A DNA stretch of 64,000 nucleotides, from assembly GCA_000320545.1 (NCBI GenBank), contig ADNK01002372.1, positions 1 through 64,000 on the forward strand, read 5' to 3'. The notes under the pieces were generated by a model. That model saw nothing but the letters and a program-made list of their open reading frames with translations, ran no database searches and had not been told where the DNA came from. Below are positions 13,007 through 25,520 of this stretch, in pieces. Both the position numbers and the translations under genes were made by a program. Origin of the DNA: Bigelowiella natans CCMP2755 (lineage: Eukaryota; Protista; Cercozoa). Positions within the stretch are counted from its first letter, which is position 1. Each line of letters starts with the position of its first letter.

Positions 13007-13900
13007 CACGGCCACCACAGCCAGGCCCTGGCGTGATCAGGATGTCCAAAATTGCAAATGCGAGCTCTCAGGCGACTAGCAAGCGCAGCACAGCGCGTGC
13101 ATGTGACCACAAACACATGACAAGTGGGTTGCAGGCTGCAAAAATCCACACTTTCGACAAAATGTGGTCAAAACATGCTTTTTTGAGGTTTTGACGTTTT
13201 GACGTGCATTGTGCAATTGAAAGGACGAATTTCGTGCCAATGTTGAACAAACATGGAAACAAAACCGAGCACAAGTCCGTCAAACCCGGTGACGACGGGG
13301 TTGTGAACAGTGCAGCGCTTTGCGACGCGCTTTGAAGCAGCAGGAAGTTGCAGTTGGTCAAAGAAAAGTCATCAGAACTTCGTTCTAGACTTGTCCGATG
13401 GCCAAACCTCAAAAAATGACCGAAATGTTGACCAAAATGTCCAGCTTCAAGGTCTCAAAGTGTGCAAATTCACACCCGTTGTGTGGCGGATGCACGCTGC
13501 GCGTTTGTTCTCTGCCACATTTTGAATGCGCTTGCGCGTGTGTTTGACCAAACGTGATGACATGCACGAAAATTTCAAAGAAATGCGAGCAAATCTGATG
13601 TCCATCACATCACATGAGGCGCTTGGTGGCGCGCAAAAGCTTCCAAGTGCACATTCTGGCGATTCGTTGCAGGTTTGACGGACTTGTGAGAGGTGTCACA
13701 AAAGTTTGAAGCGCAATTCGTTTCGTGCATGACCATGGAATTTGCAATGAAAAGGTCCCATGCATGACCGGCAATCGCAATCAGACACGATGTGCATGTG
13801 AAAGCAATTTGAAGGCATGCGCGTGCAAAATGGATTTTGCAACGAAAATCCGGGATCACAGATCACGCCCGGCCAGCCGGGCCTGGCTGTGGTGGCCGTG
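13007..13900. mobile_element. Non-autonomous TIR DNA transposon (MITE-like, about 890 bp)
   Basis: Perfect 22-bp inverted repeat cacggccaccacagccaggccc (13007-13028) / gggcctggctgtggtggccgtg (13879-13900), plus an inner ggcgtgatc/gatcacgcc pair. No transposase ORF recognised. Confidence 0.7.
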
Positions 13901-15264
13901 CACCTGCAGACATCAAGACATGCGATGCATGCGCCGCAGCAACAAAAGGCGCATCGTTCATTGGCGTGTGCGCATTGTAGACACGTAATGTCATGTGCAC
14001 ATGCTGTTGCTATGTCCATTGTGCGCACGTGATGCGCATGGAGATTCGTGCAGGCTGGCAGGCTAGCAGGGTGCCAGTGTGGCCAGTGGAGGTGACAGTG
14101 AGCGTTGTGAGACTGGCAAGAACTGGAGAATCCACACGCGGCGGGCTAGCGGGTGTGTCAGGTGTCACGCGTGCACGTCTGGCCACCTGCAGCTCTGGAG
14201 CTGAAGCTGGATGCGCATCAGTGCGATGGACAGATCGTCGTGTGGTCGGCCTGTTCGATTTGGCACTCTGTGGAACTGGGGAATTGCGTGCGCCAGTGCG
14301 GCCAACTCACGATGCATGCCAATGCAAGCGAAGCCACTTGCCACGCACGCTCTGGCGCTCCATGCAGCGCTGCACGCGTGTCAATGCGTGCATCCCAACT
14401 GGCCGAACCGCTGCGGAACGTGTGCAACAGCTTCGCAAACGAAGTGAAGTTTGCAACTGATGAGCATTGGGATCGTGCTGGCTGGCTGGCGTGCTGGCAT
14501 GCGTGTCTCGGCGCCACTCTGGCCAGCTGGCACTCTGTCCAGCACTGTGCTGGTGTGTGGTCGTGTCACAGCCAGGCAGGCTGGCAGGTTGACGAAGCGC
14601 AGTGCGTTCCAGCAGACCAGGGTTGTCCAGTTCCAGAGTTGTGTGGCCAGAGCCAATGGAGAGCTCTGGAGCTGAACAGGGCCACAGGGGCTTCCAGCTT
14701 CTGGGCTTGTGCGAGTGTGCGCAGCGTCGCAACGTGAACTTTCAGCGTTGCGCAGTTGTTGGGTCACGTCCGCTGCCAGGCTGCGTGAGCCGCAACAACT
14801 CAACGCCATGCACCTGAATCACGTTCAGTGAACGACACTTGTTGATTCTTCTTGCATGCCATGCATGCAGATTCCTCCACGTCAGCTTGGGGATGGGGTC
14901 CACAGGACCCGCAGATCGTGCGATCACATTGCCAAGTCAGAAGTCAGTGAACTGGGGGGCACGCGTGCACCATCGCAGGAAACTCCAACAGCAAAGACGC
15001 ACGGTGTGCAGGTTCACACGTGACGAGATCTGGCGGAGGTGCGTGACGTGTGCGTTCACGTTCTCACGCGCAGTGTGCTTGCAAGTTGCGCCTTGCTCAT
15101 CGTTGGAAATGATTCATGCAAGTGCACTTGCATGACAAGGCGAGCCAAATGCCAATGAAGCAGCAGCAATCATGCCATGGTGTGCATGAATGTTGGCAGA
15201 CAAGCGTGACAATTCAACATCGCGTGCGTTTCGAAATGCGCGTCTTTCTCGGCTGGTCATGCGA

Positions 15265-15380
15265 GAAAGACGGATGTTGAAGCAATTCTGCACAGACGAC
15301 AACAGATGACATCAGTTGCACGGAAAGACAGATGTTGAAGCAATTCTGCACTTGCGACAACAGAAGACATTGGTCGTTGC
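15265..15380. repeat. Imperfect 58-bp tandem duplication
   Basis: gaaagac(g/a)gatgttgaagcaattctgcac..cgacaacaga(t/a)gacat occurs twice. Confidence 0.8.
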
Positions 15381-17114
15381 AGGAAGAACGAAAGTGCACA
15401 CCCGCGGAGGACCAGCTGGTGGATGGGCTTGTTTGGTCCTGTCCATTGAGAGCACGGACAAGCGTGCGGAGGCTCTTTGCTGATGAACGTTCTTTTTGCA
15501 TGCAACTGATTGTGCATTGTCCATGTGACAGGTTTTCGATTGTCATTGCAAATCATTTGAGCTTCAATCAGCAACGCTCATCGGTGACCCAGTCAAGCAG
15601 CTTTGTTTGGCAGCGTGCACGTGACGAAAAAACGGGAAAGACGTGGCGCACGTCGCACTTCGCACTGGTCGGGCCAGCCAACGAGCTCTGGAGCTAGCGA
15701 GTTGGACTGCAGGCTCTGGGGACAGGAGGGCCCGACAACCAAAGTTGCACGGTCTTGAAGCCGCCAAACTGTGCGCACGTGCTTCAAAGTGTTGTCAAGG
15801 TGTTCGTTGGCCACTCAATGATTCGTGATGCAGTTCACTCGCAATGGCTGTGTGCTCGTTCGTTCGAGTGGAACAAGTGGTGCTTTTTTGACTTCGCTGG
15901 CGCCATCGTGTCAACCACGGATCGACGTTCAAACAGAACAGTGTGTTTGTGTTGACAATTGGCTTTGAAAAAGCAACACAAGAACGCGAAAGTGAACGTG
16001 CGATGAATCCAACAGGTGACAGTGAACAATGAACAATGATGATGAACTGCACTTCCAAAACGTTGCAAGACGTTTGCAGTGTGCGAAACGCAGTGCCTCA
16101 CACGAACTAGCTTGAGTGAGGACAGGACCAACTGGAAAACCAGGAAGGTTTTTTTGGAATTGGCGCACAGTAGTCACAGGTGATTTGAGAGACTCTCGGG
16201 AAAGTTTGGCATCTGGCTTCGGACTTCTGGAACCTTGTGAAGCATTTCTGGAATTCAGGTCAATGTGGCACATCTTTCCCTGAGAAACGGCCAATAACAT
16301 TCTTCGTTTGTGCAATTTAACAAATGTCAATCAATGTCGCAACTTGAAAATCTAAACTTGACCCTGTCTCATTCACATCGTAAAAAACGGACAATTGTTG
16401 GTGCATTCGCGAAGCCTTCCGGAAGTGTTGGAGCTGAATCACAAAACTCACACAACACTAAATGGTGGACATTCTGTATCTAAGACTACGTTTCGGAACC
16501 AAAATTGAGAACAAAACGGAGTATCTTTCTCCGCGTTCGACGCTTTGTTCGAAAGGCGGCCGTGCAAGCCACGCATCACAAATGAGATTAGTGAGAAATC
16601 ATGCAATTTAGGGAAATCACAATGCCATGTGCATTCTATCTACCGACAACTCAATTCAGGTTCAAATGTGAACATTACAGAGGCGATGTTCTGTTTTCTT
16701 GTGTAGTCGTCAGCTTTTAATAGCTTGAACTCGTCATCTGGAAGTATCAAAATAGAATTCTTCATTTGACATGTTAGATGACTTCCACAATATTCGAAAA
16801 GTTGTCATATTTTCATGTCGCCATTGGTTTTTAAGATTGAATACATAACGTGACTAAGTATATTATGCTAATATTTAGTCTGCAAAATCAAATTCAAAAG
16901 AATGTCAGCTCCCGATGTGCGCCAAAAGAATCTACGCTAAAGGATATTTCAGGCAAATACGGTTTCTGTTGTTAAATCATGTTTAAAAAAGCCTTATTTT
17001 ACAAATTTTTATGAGATAGTACGTTGTCATTATAGATCTAAGGATCATTAATTCTTTCACGCTGCGCTTGGAACACGCACTCCGCACACACAAACCAAAA
17101 GCCAACACACCAAA

Positions 17115-19350
17115 ATGTCTTCCGAATCTGCTGCTGCCCCAGCTGCTGGAGGCAAGTCCGAATCCTTCGCATTTAATGCTGATATCACACAGGTAAAGAA
17201 ATGAATGATTCTGAAGATTACATAAATTTGTGACTGATTGGTCCTCATGGAGTTGACGTTGTCCTTTTCTTATTTAGTTGATGAACCTCATCATCAACAC
17301 CTTCTACTCGAACAAGGAAGTGTTCCTCCGTGAGTTGATTTCCAACTCTAGCGATGCACTGGATAAGATTCGGTTCCAGAGTCTTAGTGACAAGAGCGTT
17401 CTCGGCGAAGCCAAGGAGCTTAAGATTGACATTATCCCTGATCCTAAGAATAACACCCTGACGATTCAAGACTCAGGGATTGGTATGACAAAAGAAGACC
17501 TTATCAACAACCTCGGTACAATCGCTAAGTCTGGAACCAAACAATTTATGGAAGCAATCAAGGCTGGCGCGGATGTTAGCATGATTGGTCAATTCGGAGT
17601 TGGTTTCTACTCAGCATTCCTCGTAGCTGAGCGAGTAACAGTTGAATCGAAGAACAACGATGATGACGTCTACAGGTGGTCCTCTGATGCAGGGAACTCT
17701 TTCAAGATTGAGGCGGTACCTGATTCAGACCTGAAGCGCGGAACCCGTATCACACTTCAATTGAAAGATGATCAGCTATCCTATGTCGAGGAGAAGACTC
17801 TGAAGGATCTTGTGAAGAAGCATTCTGAGTTCATCGGATTCCCTATTTCTCTGTGGGTAACAAAAACTGAAGAGAAAGAAGTAGATGACGATGAGGACGA
17901 GGAGGATGGAGACGACGATGATGATGATAAGCCTAAAGTTGAGGAGGTCAAGTCTGAGAAGACTGAGAAGAAAAAGAAAACTATCACGGAAGAAAAATCC
18001 GACTGGGAGGTTCTCAACAAGCAGAAACCTATTTGGACACGTGCAAAGGACGAAATCAAGAAGGAAGAGTATGCTGCTTTCTACAAAGCTCTGACTAACG
18101 ACTGGGAGGAACATCTTGCAGTCAAGCACTTCTCTGTCGAAGGACAACTTGAATTTAAGGCACTCCTTTTCTGCCCTAAGCGAGCCCCTTTTGATCTTTT
18201 CGAAGGTAAGAAGAAGAGGAACAACATTAAGTTGTATGTTCGAAGGGTGTTCATCATGGACAACTGTGAAGATCTCATCCCTGATTACATGGCTTTCGTG
18301 AAGGGAGTAGTGGATTCTGAGGATCTTCCACTAAACATTTCTCGTGAGTCGCTTCAGCAGAACAAGATTCTTCGAGTTATTAAGAAGAATATTGTGAAGA
18401 AGTCTATTGAGATGTTTAAAGAAATTGCCGAGAACAAGGATGATTACAAAAAGTTTTACGAAGCATTTGCAAAGAACATCAAACTCGGAATTCATGAAGA
18501 TAGCACCAACCGAAAGAAGCTTGCAGATCTTCTTCGCTACAACTCCACCGTTTGTGTCAACGAAGTTACTTCTCTGAAGGAATACTGCGGTCGTATGAAG
18601 AAGGAGCAGAAGAATATTTACTACATTACAGGAGAGAGCAGGGCTGTTGTAGAACAGTCACCTTTCCTCGAGAAACTGAAGAAAAAAGGATATGAAGTTC
18701 TTTTTATGGTTGATCCTATTGATGAGTACGCAGTGCAGCAGCTTAAGGAATACGATGAGAAGAAGCTTGTCTGTGTCACTAAAGATGGTTTGAAGCTCGA
18801 GATGACTGACGAGGAGAAGAAGAAGAAAGAAGATGAGAAAGCGGCATTCGAGGATCTCTGTACCAAAATGAAGGAAATTCTCGGTGATAAGGTCGAGAAG
18901 GTAATTCTTTCTGACCGTCTATCGACATCGCCATGCTGCTTGGTGACGGGAGAATTTGGTTGGTCCGCCAACATGGAGCGTATCATGAAGGCACAAGCCC
19001 TTCGTGACAACTCGATGACCAGCTTTATGGTTTCTAAGAAGACCTTAGAGCTCAACCCAGAGCACTCCATTGTGAAGGAGCTTCGTGTAAGATTCCAAAG
19101 TAACGCACAGGACCAAACTGTGAAGGACCTTGTATGGCTTCTTTTCGAAACTTCTCTTCTTACTTCAGGATTTAGTCTGCCAGAGCCAACGACGTTTGCT
19201 GGACGAATTCACAAACTCATCAAGCTTGGCCTTAGCATTGCAGATAATGATGAGGAGGAGGTAGTTCCTGCTGAAGAAGCTAATAAAGAAGATGATGACG
19301 ATGTACCACCTCTTGAGAACCAGGGAGAGGACATGGAGGATGTTGACTAA
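17115..19350 (+). CDS. HSP90: Cytosolic heat shock protein 90 (exons 17115-17192, 17278-19350)
   Basis: [10 protein letters not shown]|[56 protein letters not shown] and [10 protein letters not shown]. The C-terminal MEDVD is a variant of MEEVD. Confidence 0.98.
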
Positions 19351-19599
19351 AAACTTAATCGATAGCTATGCTAGTTATATGTGTAGTTTTATTATCTGTA
19401 GCCTAGAGCAGCAATTGTCTGTTTACAAATTAATAAGATTGTGCTGGTATTCTACTCTAAAGTCAGTCTCCATGCGTCAGCATGCGAAAAAGTCAGAATT
19501 TATCATTCAATTCATATCAAATTGTGACAAAAGCAACTTCAATGCATGTGATGTTCTACGACACCTCATGCCAGCAAAAGCTGGTGTAAGCATGCTGTC

Positions 19600-20870
19600 G
19601 CGTGCACATGCTGGCATGCAGCACTTGCGTGCTGCACAATGCCCTTGCAAATAGCTAGACGCGCGAAACCCTTGCCAGAATGGCTGCGCGTGTAGCAACG
19701 ACATGTTCGGACACTGGCACTAGCTGCAGCTAGTCTCAACTGGTCGCCCAAACGTCACTACACGGTGATCACGGAAAACGAGGGCTCTAGATCGAGCTCA
19801 TCGCCGACATTTCATCGTTCATTGTTGTGTGTGTTCCCCAAAGTCCATCATTATTTGGGCATTCCAGCATTGTGCACGTCTAGACGTTCCAGCGTTGACC
19901 GACGCGAGGAGAGAACCCAAGACGGCGGCAGTCTGTGATCGTTGATTGTTCCTCGACACAACTGCTAGCAGCGGCCTGCATGCGCTAGTGCGTGTGAACC
20001 TGACACACAGCCCTAGATCGCGCCAAGCAAAACTTCAAGTTTGAATGTGAACAATTTGCTGCACCAGTCTAGCAGGGCAGCGAACTTGTCAACGAAGTCT
20101 AGCAGGGCAGCGAAGTCCAAAGTCTGAGTGTGCACTGAACTCATTTTTGCAAAACGAGACACGTTCGACCTCCCGACTTGTGAAGACTCACTTTTGCTTC
20201 GCACGATGTTTGAACTTCAGTGCGCACACCATCGGCTCTTCGCCAAGGATCAAACATTGTGTTTCGAGCTAGCGAGGTGAAAGCATTGAAAACAAGCTCC
20301 AGAGCTGAGTGCACTTGATGACCAACTAGCCAACCTAGCCAGCTAGCAATCTGTCAACTAGTCTAGTAGTCAATGTGAACACACGTGCAGAGCACTCCAA
20401 CACTGTTGACACACTTCCTCAGTCACATCGCATGACCAGCAATCTGCACCTTGGCCCCGTCAAACGCACAAGCATGTGGTTCGAATGCAGGCGCTGTGCT
20501 CGATCGTGCTGCAAGCTTGCTAGCTTGCACTTTTCACTTCAGACACCATTGACGTACTCAGCTAGTCAGTGCCCAATTCAATGACCACGCAGCTACCTGG
20601 CTTGTTTGATCTTTGCGAAGAGCTGGTCAGAGCCCACCTAGCCACGCACGTTGCACGCTGGCATGACTGAGTGGAGCTCTGGAATGAAGGCTCGTCCAAA
20701 CAACAGGCGAACCATCACACTTTTCATGTGTGCGCTCGTTCATTCGTCCATGTCTGCCAAACTCCTGCCGTGGCGCATGGGCGCGTGCCGCCGATGTTGC
20801 TGCGCGTCAAGACAGCCAATCTAGCAATGTGCCATGAAGTCAGAACGAAGTCCAGACTTGTCGCTGTGCT
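19600..20870. other. Second TpA-depleted, CTAG-enriched intergenic island
   Basis: In 19860-20830, about 16 of about 19 TpA lie in CTAG. Includes a 30-bp-period duplication of tctagcagggcagcgaa at ~20068-20115. Confidence 0.85.
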
Positions 20871-20994
20871 GCTATCACCACATAAACAACACATATAGTA
20901 GTGACTGACTGTCACTAACGGATTTTCGGAACAAGATAACAAGATGGTCTACTGAGCTTGTGTAATTCCTGAAACAATTCCGAACTTTCCGGCA

Positions 20995-23286
20995 ATGGAT
21001 GTATCTGCCTTGGGTATGGCCCTCAAACGTGTGAAGCTGAAGAAGAACAAGGAGGTTAATGACAGAAGCGCCCCGATGATGAAAGCAGGACTGGAAAAGA
21101 AGGACCTTGACCAATACTACAAAGATGTGCAGGACACATACGTTGAATCGTGGGAGCCATTATTGACCGCGAAGGGTTTAACATTTCGAACGGCGTATGT
21201 TCCAATGCAGAAAAAGGTGATGATAGTTTCTAAATCTCAACAAAGAAAATGAAAACACTTGTGCTTATTCAAATTACATAATTTTAAGGAAGCAGAGGCG
21301 ATGGTAAAAGCCTATGAGGCTCACGAAAAATTATCTGAGGAAGAGAAGAAAGGAAAACATTACGCCAAGTTTTATGCCATGGTGTTTCAAATTTAAAAAA
21401 TAGATACGATGGTGGTCTAATTACATTCTTAATAAGATATGACAATGGATTGGTACTTAAATTCTTTATTTTATTTGTTGTAGCTGCTAAAGGATCCTGT
21501 ATTCTCAAAAATGCAAGAAACATTGCAAAAACAGATAGATGAGTGCTTAAATCTATTCAAATGTGACAAAGTTTTTGTAAAAGGGTCCAGTAGAAGTGCC
21601 AAAGATGCTGTTATTGACTTGCAAAATATGACAGCAGATTTTGAATCTAGATGTCAAAACGTTAAAAAGCAGGTATTCTACCTTCACTTGAAAGATTGCA
21701 AGGAGTCAAAGCGTCAGGAGCTCCCATCTAAATTGTCCATCATGATTTTTCAGAAGGGAGAAGGAGGAAAGTGCGATTTGAACTCCGGTGTAGTTTCTCT
21801 TCTTGGTGCTGGAAAAGATGCGATGTCTGGCACAAGCGCTCAATATTTCCTTCAACTCTTTGTTCGGTGTGAATAATAGATTGTCATCGTTTCTATCATC
21901 AACATTGTGCTGTTGTGCGTAAATAGCATCGTATAATACTGGGGAAAGAATAACAACATAGCTGATGATACTACTACTGCTACTACTATTTCCACGAAGG
22001 TAGTTTCTAACTACTACCTACTATACTGGTGCAGGAGTGAGAGAATCTATCAAGACATGAGGCTAGCTCTCCAAATGAAGGACTTCAAATCAGGATGGGC
22101 TATTCGAGAATGGATTGATGTTGATATTGGTAATACTACTACTTCTGCTGCTGCTACCATCGTCGTAATATTGACATTTCAAAAATGATGAAATATCATG
22201 TCGTATCCATATTTAATACCCCATACTTCCTTACATGCATGTTCGCATATTCGTCGGCGGGCAGTAAACAAACAATAGCAGCAGTTCTCACATTCTACTA
22301 TTGGCATTATATCCAAACAATAGCAGCAGTTCTCACATCCTACTACTATAGGCATTATATCCAAACAATGGCAGCAATTCCCACATCCTACTACTATTGG
22401 CATTGTATCCTTTTTAATTCTTTGATATGTTGTTCTTCTTCTTCTTCGTCTCGAGGAATGGAATTCCGTGGCTTTGTTTATCGGAGAAAATTCTGCGCGT
22501 TGTGTCAGTATGATTATCTTGTCAAGGTTATAGAAAGAAGGATTGAATACAGACTAGTACGATAATACGATAGTTCATCATCATTATCAGCCTCATGATT
22601 CGTAAGAATATGATGTTGGAAGGTGGAACATCTACAAGATTCAAAAACGCGCCAAGATATCATATCAACAATTGAAAAGTTCTATGCAAACTCTGTTGCC
22701 CCTGCATTGCACAGGTAGATCCTACATTGCTATTTCTAAAACGATTACTACGATTCTCTGCTGTTTTTTTTCATTCCTCATTGCGTATAGTTGGTGGTAA
22801 ATATTGACGACATCACTGTACTCGTATTAGCAGCAGCAAAGTGGTACTAGTAGTGGGGGTGGTAATAAGTATATCGAGGGATTCTCCTATAGACATATAT
22901 ACCCCCATCAGCATATACAATACTTTATTTAGAAACTGCTACGTATGTAGGGAGGAAAGCCCGTTCCAAAACTACATTGCTGATTTTGCCATCGATACGA
23001 CAGGGAAATGTATGTCATGTTTCGAATTTGAATCAAGTTTTGAGAAAGAAAATAGGGTGATGAAAGCCAACAAGAATTTGTGCAAGGTTTCTTCGCCGAT
23101 TGATTTCTGCTGCATCAGAACAAAATCGGTTCAAAAACAGAAATACGATCACGATGAAACCTGGCTGGCCACCATTTTTCTGTTTTTGTATGAATTCTTC
23201 GCCTGATTTCCGGATATGAACCAAATATGTGTCCTACTAAGTGTGATGTGTTATCGTTGTTGTTCTACCACCAGAAACTATCATCA

Positions 23287-23330
<44 letters not shown>

Positions 23331-23649
23331 CTGATGTTTCCATATGGTGTCGTCGTCCTATGTTCCGTACACAGCAGGAATAGGATAATTTAGTATATTG
23401 TATGTGTGCGTTTGTGTGTGTGTGCGTGTTTATCATCATCCAAATAGTAGTATATCGTACCATTTATTATGTTGTTCCTAACCCATCATCATCATCATCA
23501 TCATCATCACTATGATCATCACTAAGGTTGGATAATTGAGCTAAATCCGTACCAAGAAAGCACAGATGGAGCGATGTTTAGCTGGGCAACAGAGAAACAA
23601 CTTCTATCCACAGGTGTGTGTGGGGGGGGGGGGACTTCAAAGAGAGAGA

Positions 23650-23685
<36 letters not shown>

Positions 23686-23752
23686 AATTTAGTACCGCAA
23701 ATATACTCATGCACCACGTACATATACGTTAACACATATTTTGCGTATGGAA

Positions 23753-23795
<43 letters not shown>

Positions 23796-24010
23796 TATAT
23801 ATTATGCGAGTACATATACTGCTTTTTAATAAGACCTACAATCTTAGAATCAGTCGTTGCATGCTGCTCATTTATCATTTTGTTTCGAACCACTTAGAAC
23901 CACTCAATTTTCGCTATCAAAGTGTACCGCAAAATGCGACTGTAGCTCTCGGCAAAAAATGGAGGAAACTATTGAATTCTACATTAAAACGAATTAATGC
24001 CGAAGCTTGA
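20995..24010 (+). CDS. CDC123-like (R2K clade) ATP-grasp protein with N-terminal WH2-like motif; about 10 exons
   Basis: Spliced motifs VFVKGSSRSAKDA, FVR|SERIYQDM, AIREW, MEFRGFV..ALCQY, NYIADFAI, WIIELNPY..TDGAMFSW and NFRY. The N-terminus is ALGMALKRVKLKKNKEVNDRSAP. Confidence 0.8.
22269..22404. repeat. Intronic minisatellite, 3 copies of 45-48 bp
   Basis: caaacaatagcagcagttctcacat(t/c)ctacta(cta)t(t/a)ggcattatatc is repeated. Confidence 0.85.
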
Positions 24011-24323
24011 TTTAAATAACACTCTAAGGGGACGGATGGCATTCATCGTGGTTCTTGCAGCTAAAAACAACTGCGACAATCTAGCAATTGCTAAATGTAG
24101 TGATGCATGAAAATGTACGCAGCAGAGCTGATGATAGTGACTGGCTGTGAAGTACGTTCTGCTACATGTAACCCACTAGTTAAATGCTACGATGAGATGG
24201 ATAGCTAGATAGGACACACAGCGCAGTAGCTCACTCACGGCACACTCTAGGTAGCTAGGCTTAGCAGCAACAGATCCGTGCTTTTGCATGCAGCAGAGCT
24301 ACAGAGGGGTATTATAGACACGG

Positions 24324-24364
<41 letters not shown>

Positions 24365-24366
24365 AA

Positions 24367-25440
24367 GACGGATGTAATGAAATGTTTAAATTTTTTCAAT
24401 GGTCACCCTAATGTAGCTGTGCAAAGCAGCGGCTACAGCGCTCAAGTTGTGTCCACTTGTTTCCGGTGTCACGTGTTGATGATGCACACATGAGAAAGCA
24501 TTGCAATTTGGTCGGTCATGTCGTACTTTGCGCGCAGCAGTGCGAGCTCTTTTTTCTGCATTTGTGTGTGTGTGTGTGTACATGCACATGTGTGTACACA
24601 TTGTTACATGCCCATTGTGCTAGCATGGGCACTTTTGCTAGGCTCAGCTGCAGCAAGTCCGTTTTGCATCTGCAGTAGAGGCATGCTTGAAAAGCGAAAC
24701 ATGAGGATGGCTAGATGGTGTCACGACCATCTAGCTATCTAGCCATGGAACACGCGTTGTCATGTAATGATGGCATGTTTCCATGCGACGGCAGGCGAAT
24801 CTAGGAACGCATGCGCGTCAGCAGCAGCGCTGGCTAGCTAGCTAATTTTAGAGCTATGGCGGCGGGCTTGATTTAGCTCTCTACAGCATGTCCACTGTCA
24901 GCAGACTGTGGCTGCAATCTAGCTGTGCACACATCGATGCCCCTATCGCTAGCCCTATGCATCGATCGTCAGCTTAACGTTTTCAGCGGTCTAGCTAGGT
25001 AGCTGCTAGCGGTAACTCTTATTTGATCTAGCATCCATCATCAACGAGTAAGGAAGAACAGGTAGCTAGGTATGCAGCGAGTCGATGCACATGCTAGCAT
25101 CTAGCAAGCTAGATGTGCCAATGAGCGCGATTGCCATGTTTGCTCTGATCATGCGACCATGTGCGTGTTGGCGGATGAGCGAGACACGACGTACATGTGA
25201 TGTACACGTGCACGCATCGCAGTCACGCACATTCACATGCAAATGCAATTTAAATCACATAAGAGGGAAAATCACACACGTGCAGCCACGAGTATGCACA
25301 TGTACGTACATAAATCGTACATATGTGTGTGTGTGTGTGTGTGTCCTAAAACATCTAAACGCTGTAACCGCAGTTCTACGATGCAAAGCTACATCACAGG
25401 AAAACAATTGGAAAAAATTGAAAAATTCATCACATCCGCC
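24367..25440. mobile_element. Degenerate long-TIR non-autonomous element (about 1.07 kb) next to a (TA)n tract
   Basis: The left end gacggatgtaatgaa..ttttcaat..atgtagctgtgc..gcggctacagcg is the inverse of the right end cgctgtaaccgc..aaagctacat..attggaaaa..ttcatcacatccgcc. The same end sequence recurs at 25521 (+), 59537 (-) and 59640 (+). Confidence 0.6.
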
Positions 25441-25520
25441 GCACACATTTGCATGTACGTGAATATGTGCAGACATGTAAAACGGACAGGTGTATTGAAT
25501 TGAACAAACCAAACATGTGA

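Larger units (their letters stand above)
12890..16290. other. TpA-depleted intergenic island of degenerate repeats
   Basis: About 11 TpA in 3.4 kb by eye, 7 of them in CTAG, and none between 14149 and 15694. Rich in TG, CA and CG. Six-frame ORFs are almost Tyr-free. Confidence 0.9.

Noticed and set aside
16221-16257. Heat-shock-element-like TTCnnGAA units upstream of Hsp90
   Set aside because: They are imperfect, about 870 bp from the ATG and inside the eroded island edge, so they cannot be supported without functional data.
12890-16290. GC-richer island as bacterial HGT or contamination
   Set aside because: No gene-like ORFs or codon structure, the same texture recurs in other spacers, and it carries eukaryotic-type TIR relics.
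12934-16330. Dense overlapping ORFs in all six frames, rich in Cys/His/Ala/Arg
   Set aside because: An artefact of TpA loss: TAA, TAG and Tyr codons are nearly absent. No recognisable domain or transposase motif.
12890-20870. CpG-methylation decay or classical RIP as the cause of the TG/CA excess
   Set aside because: Those processes deplete CpG or CpA and raise TpA. Here CpG and CpA are abundant and TpA is missing.
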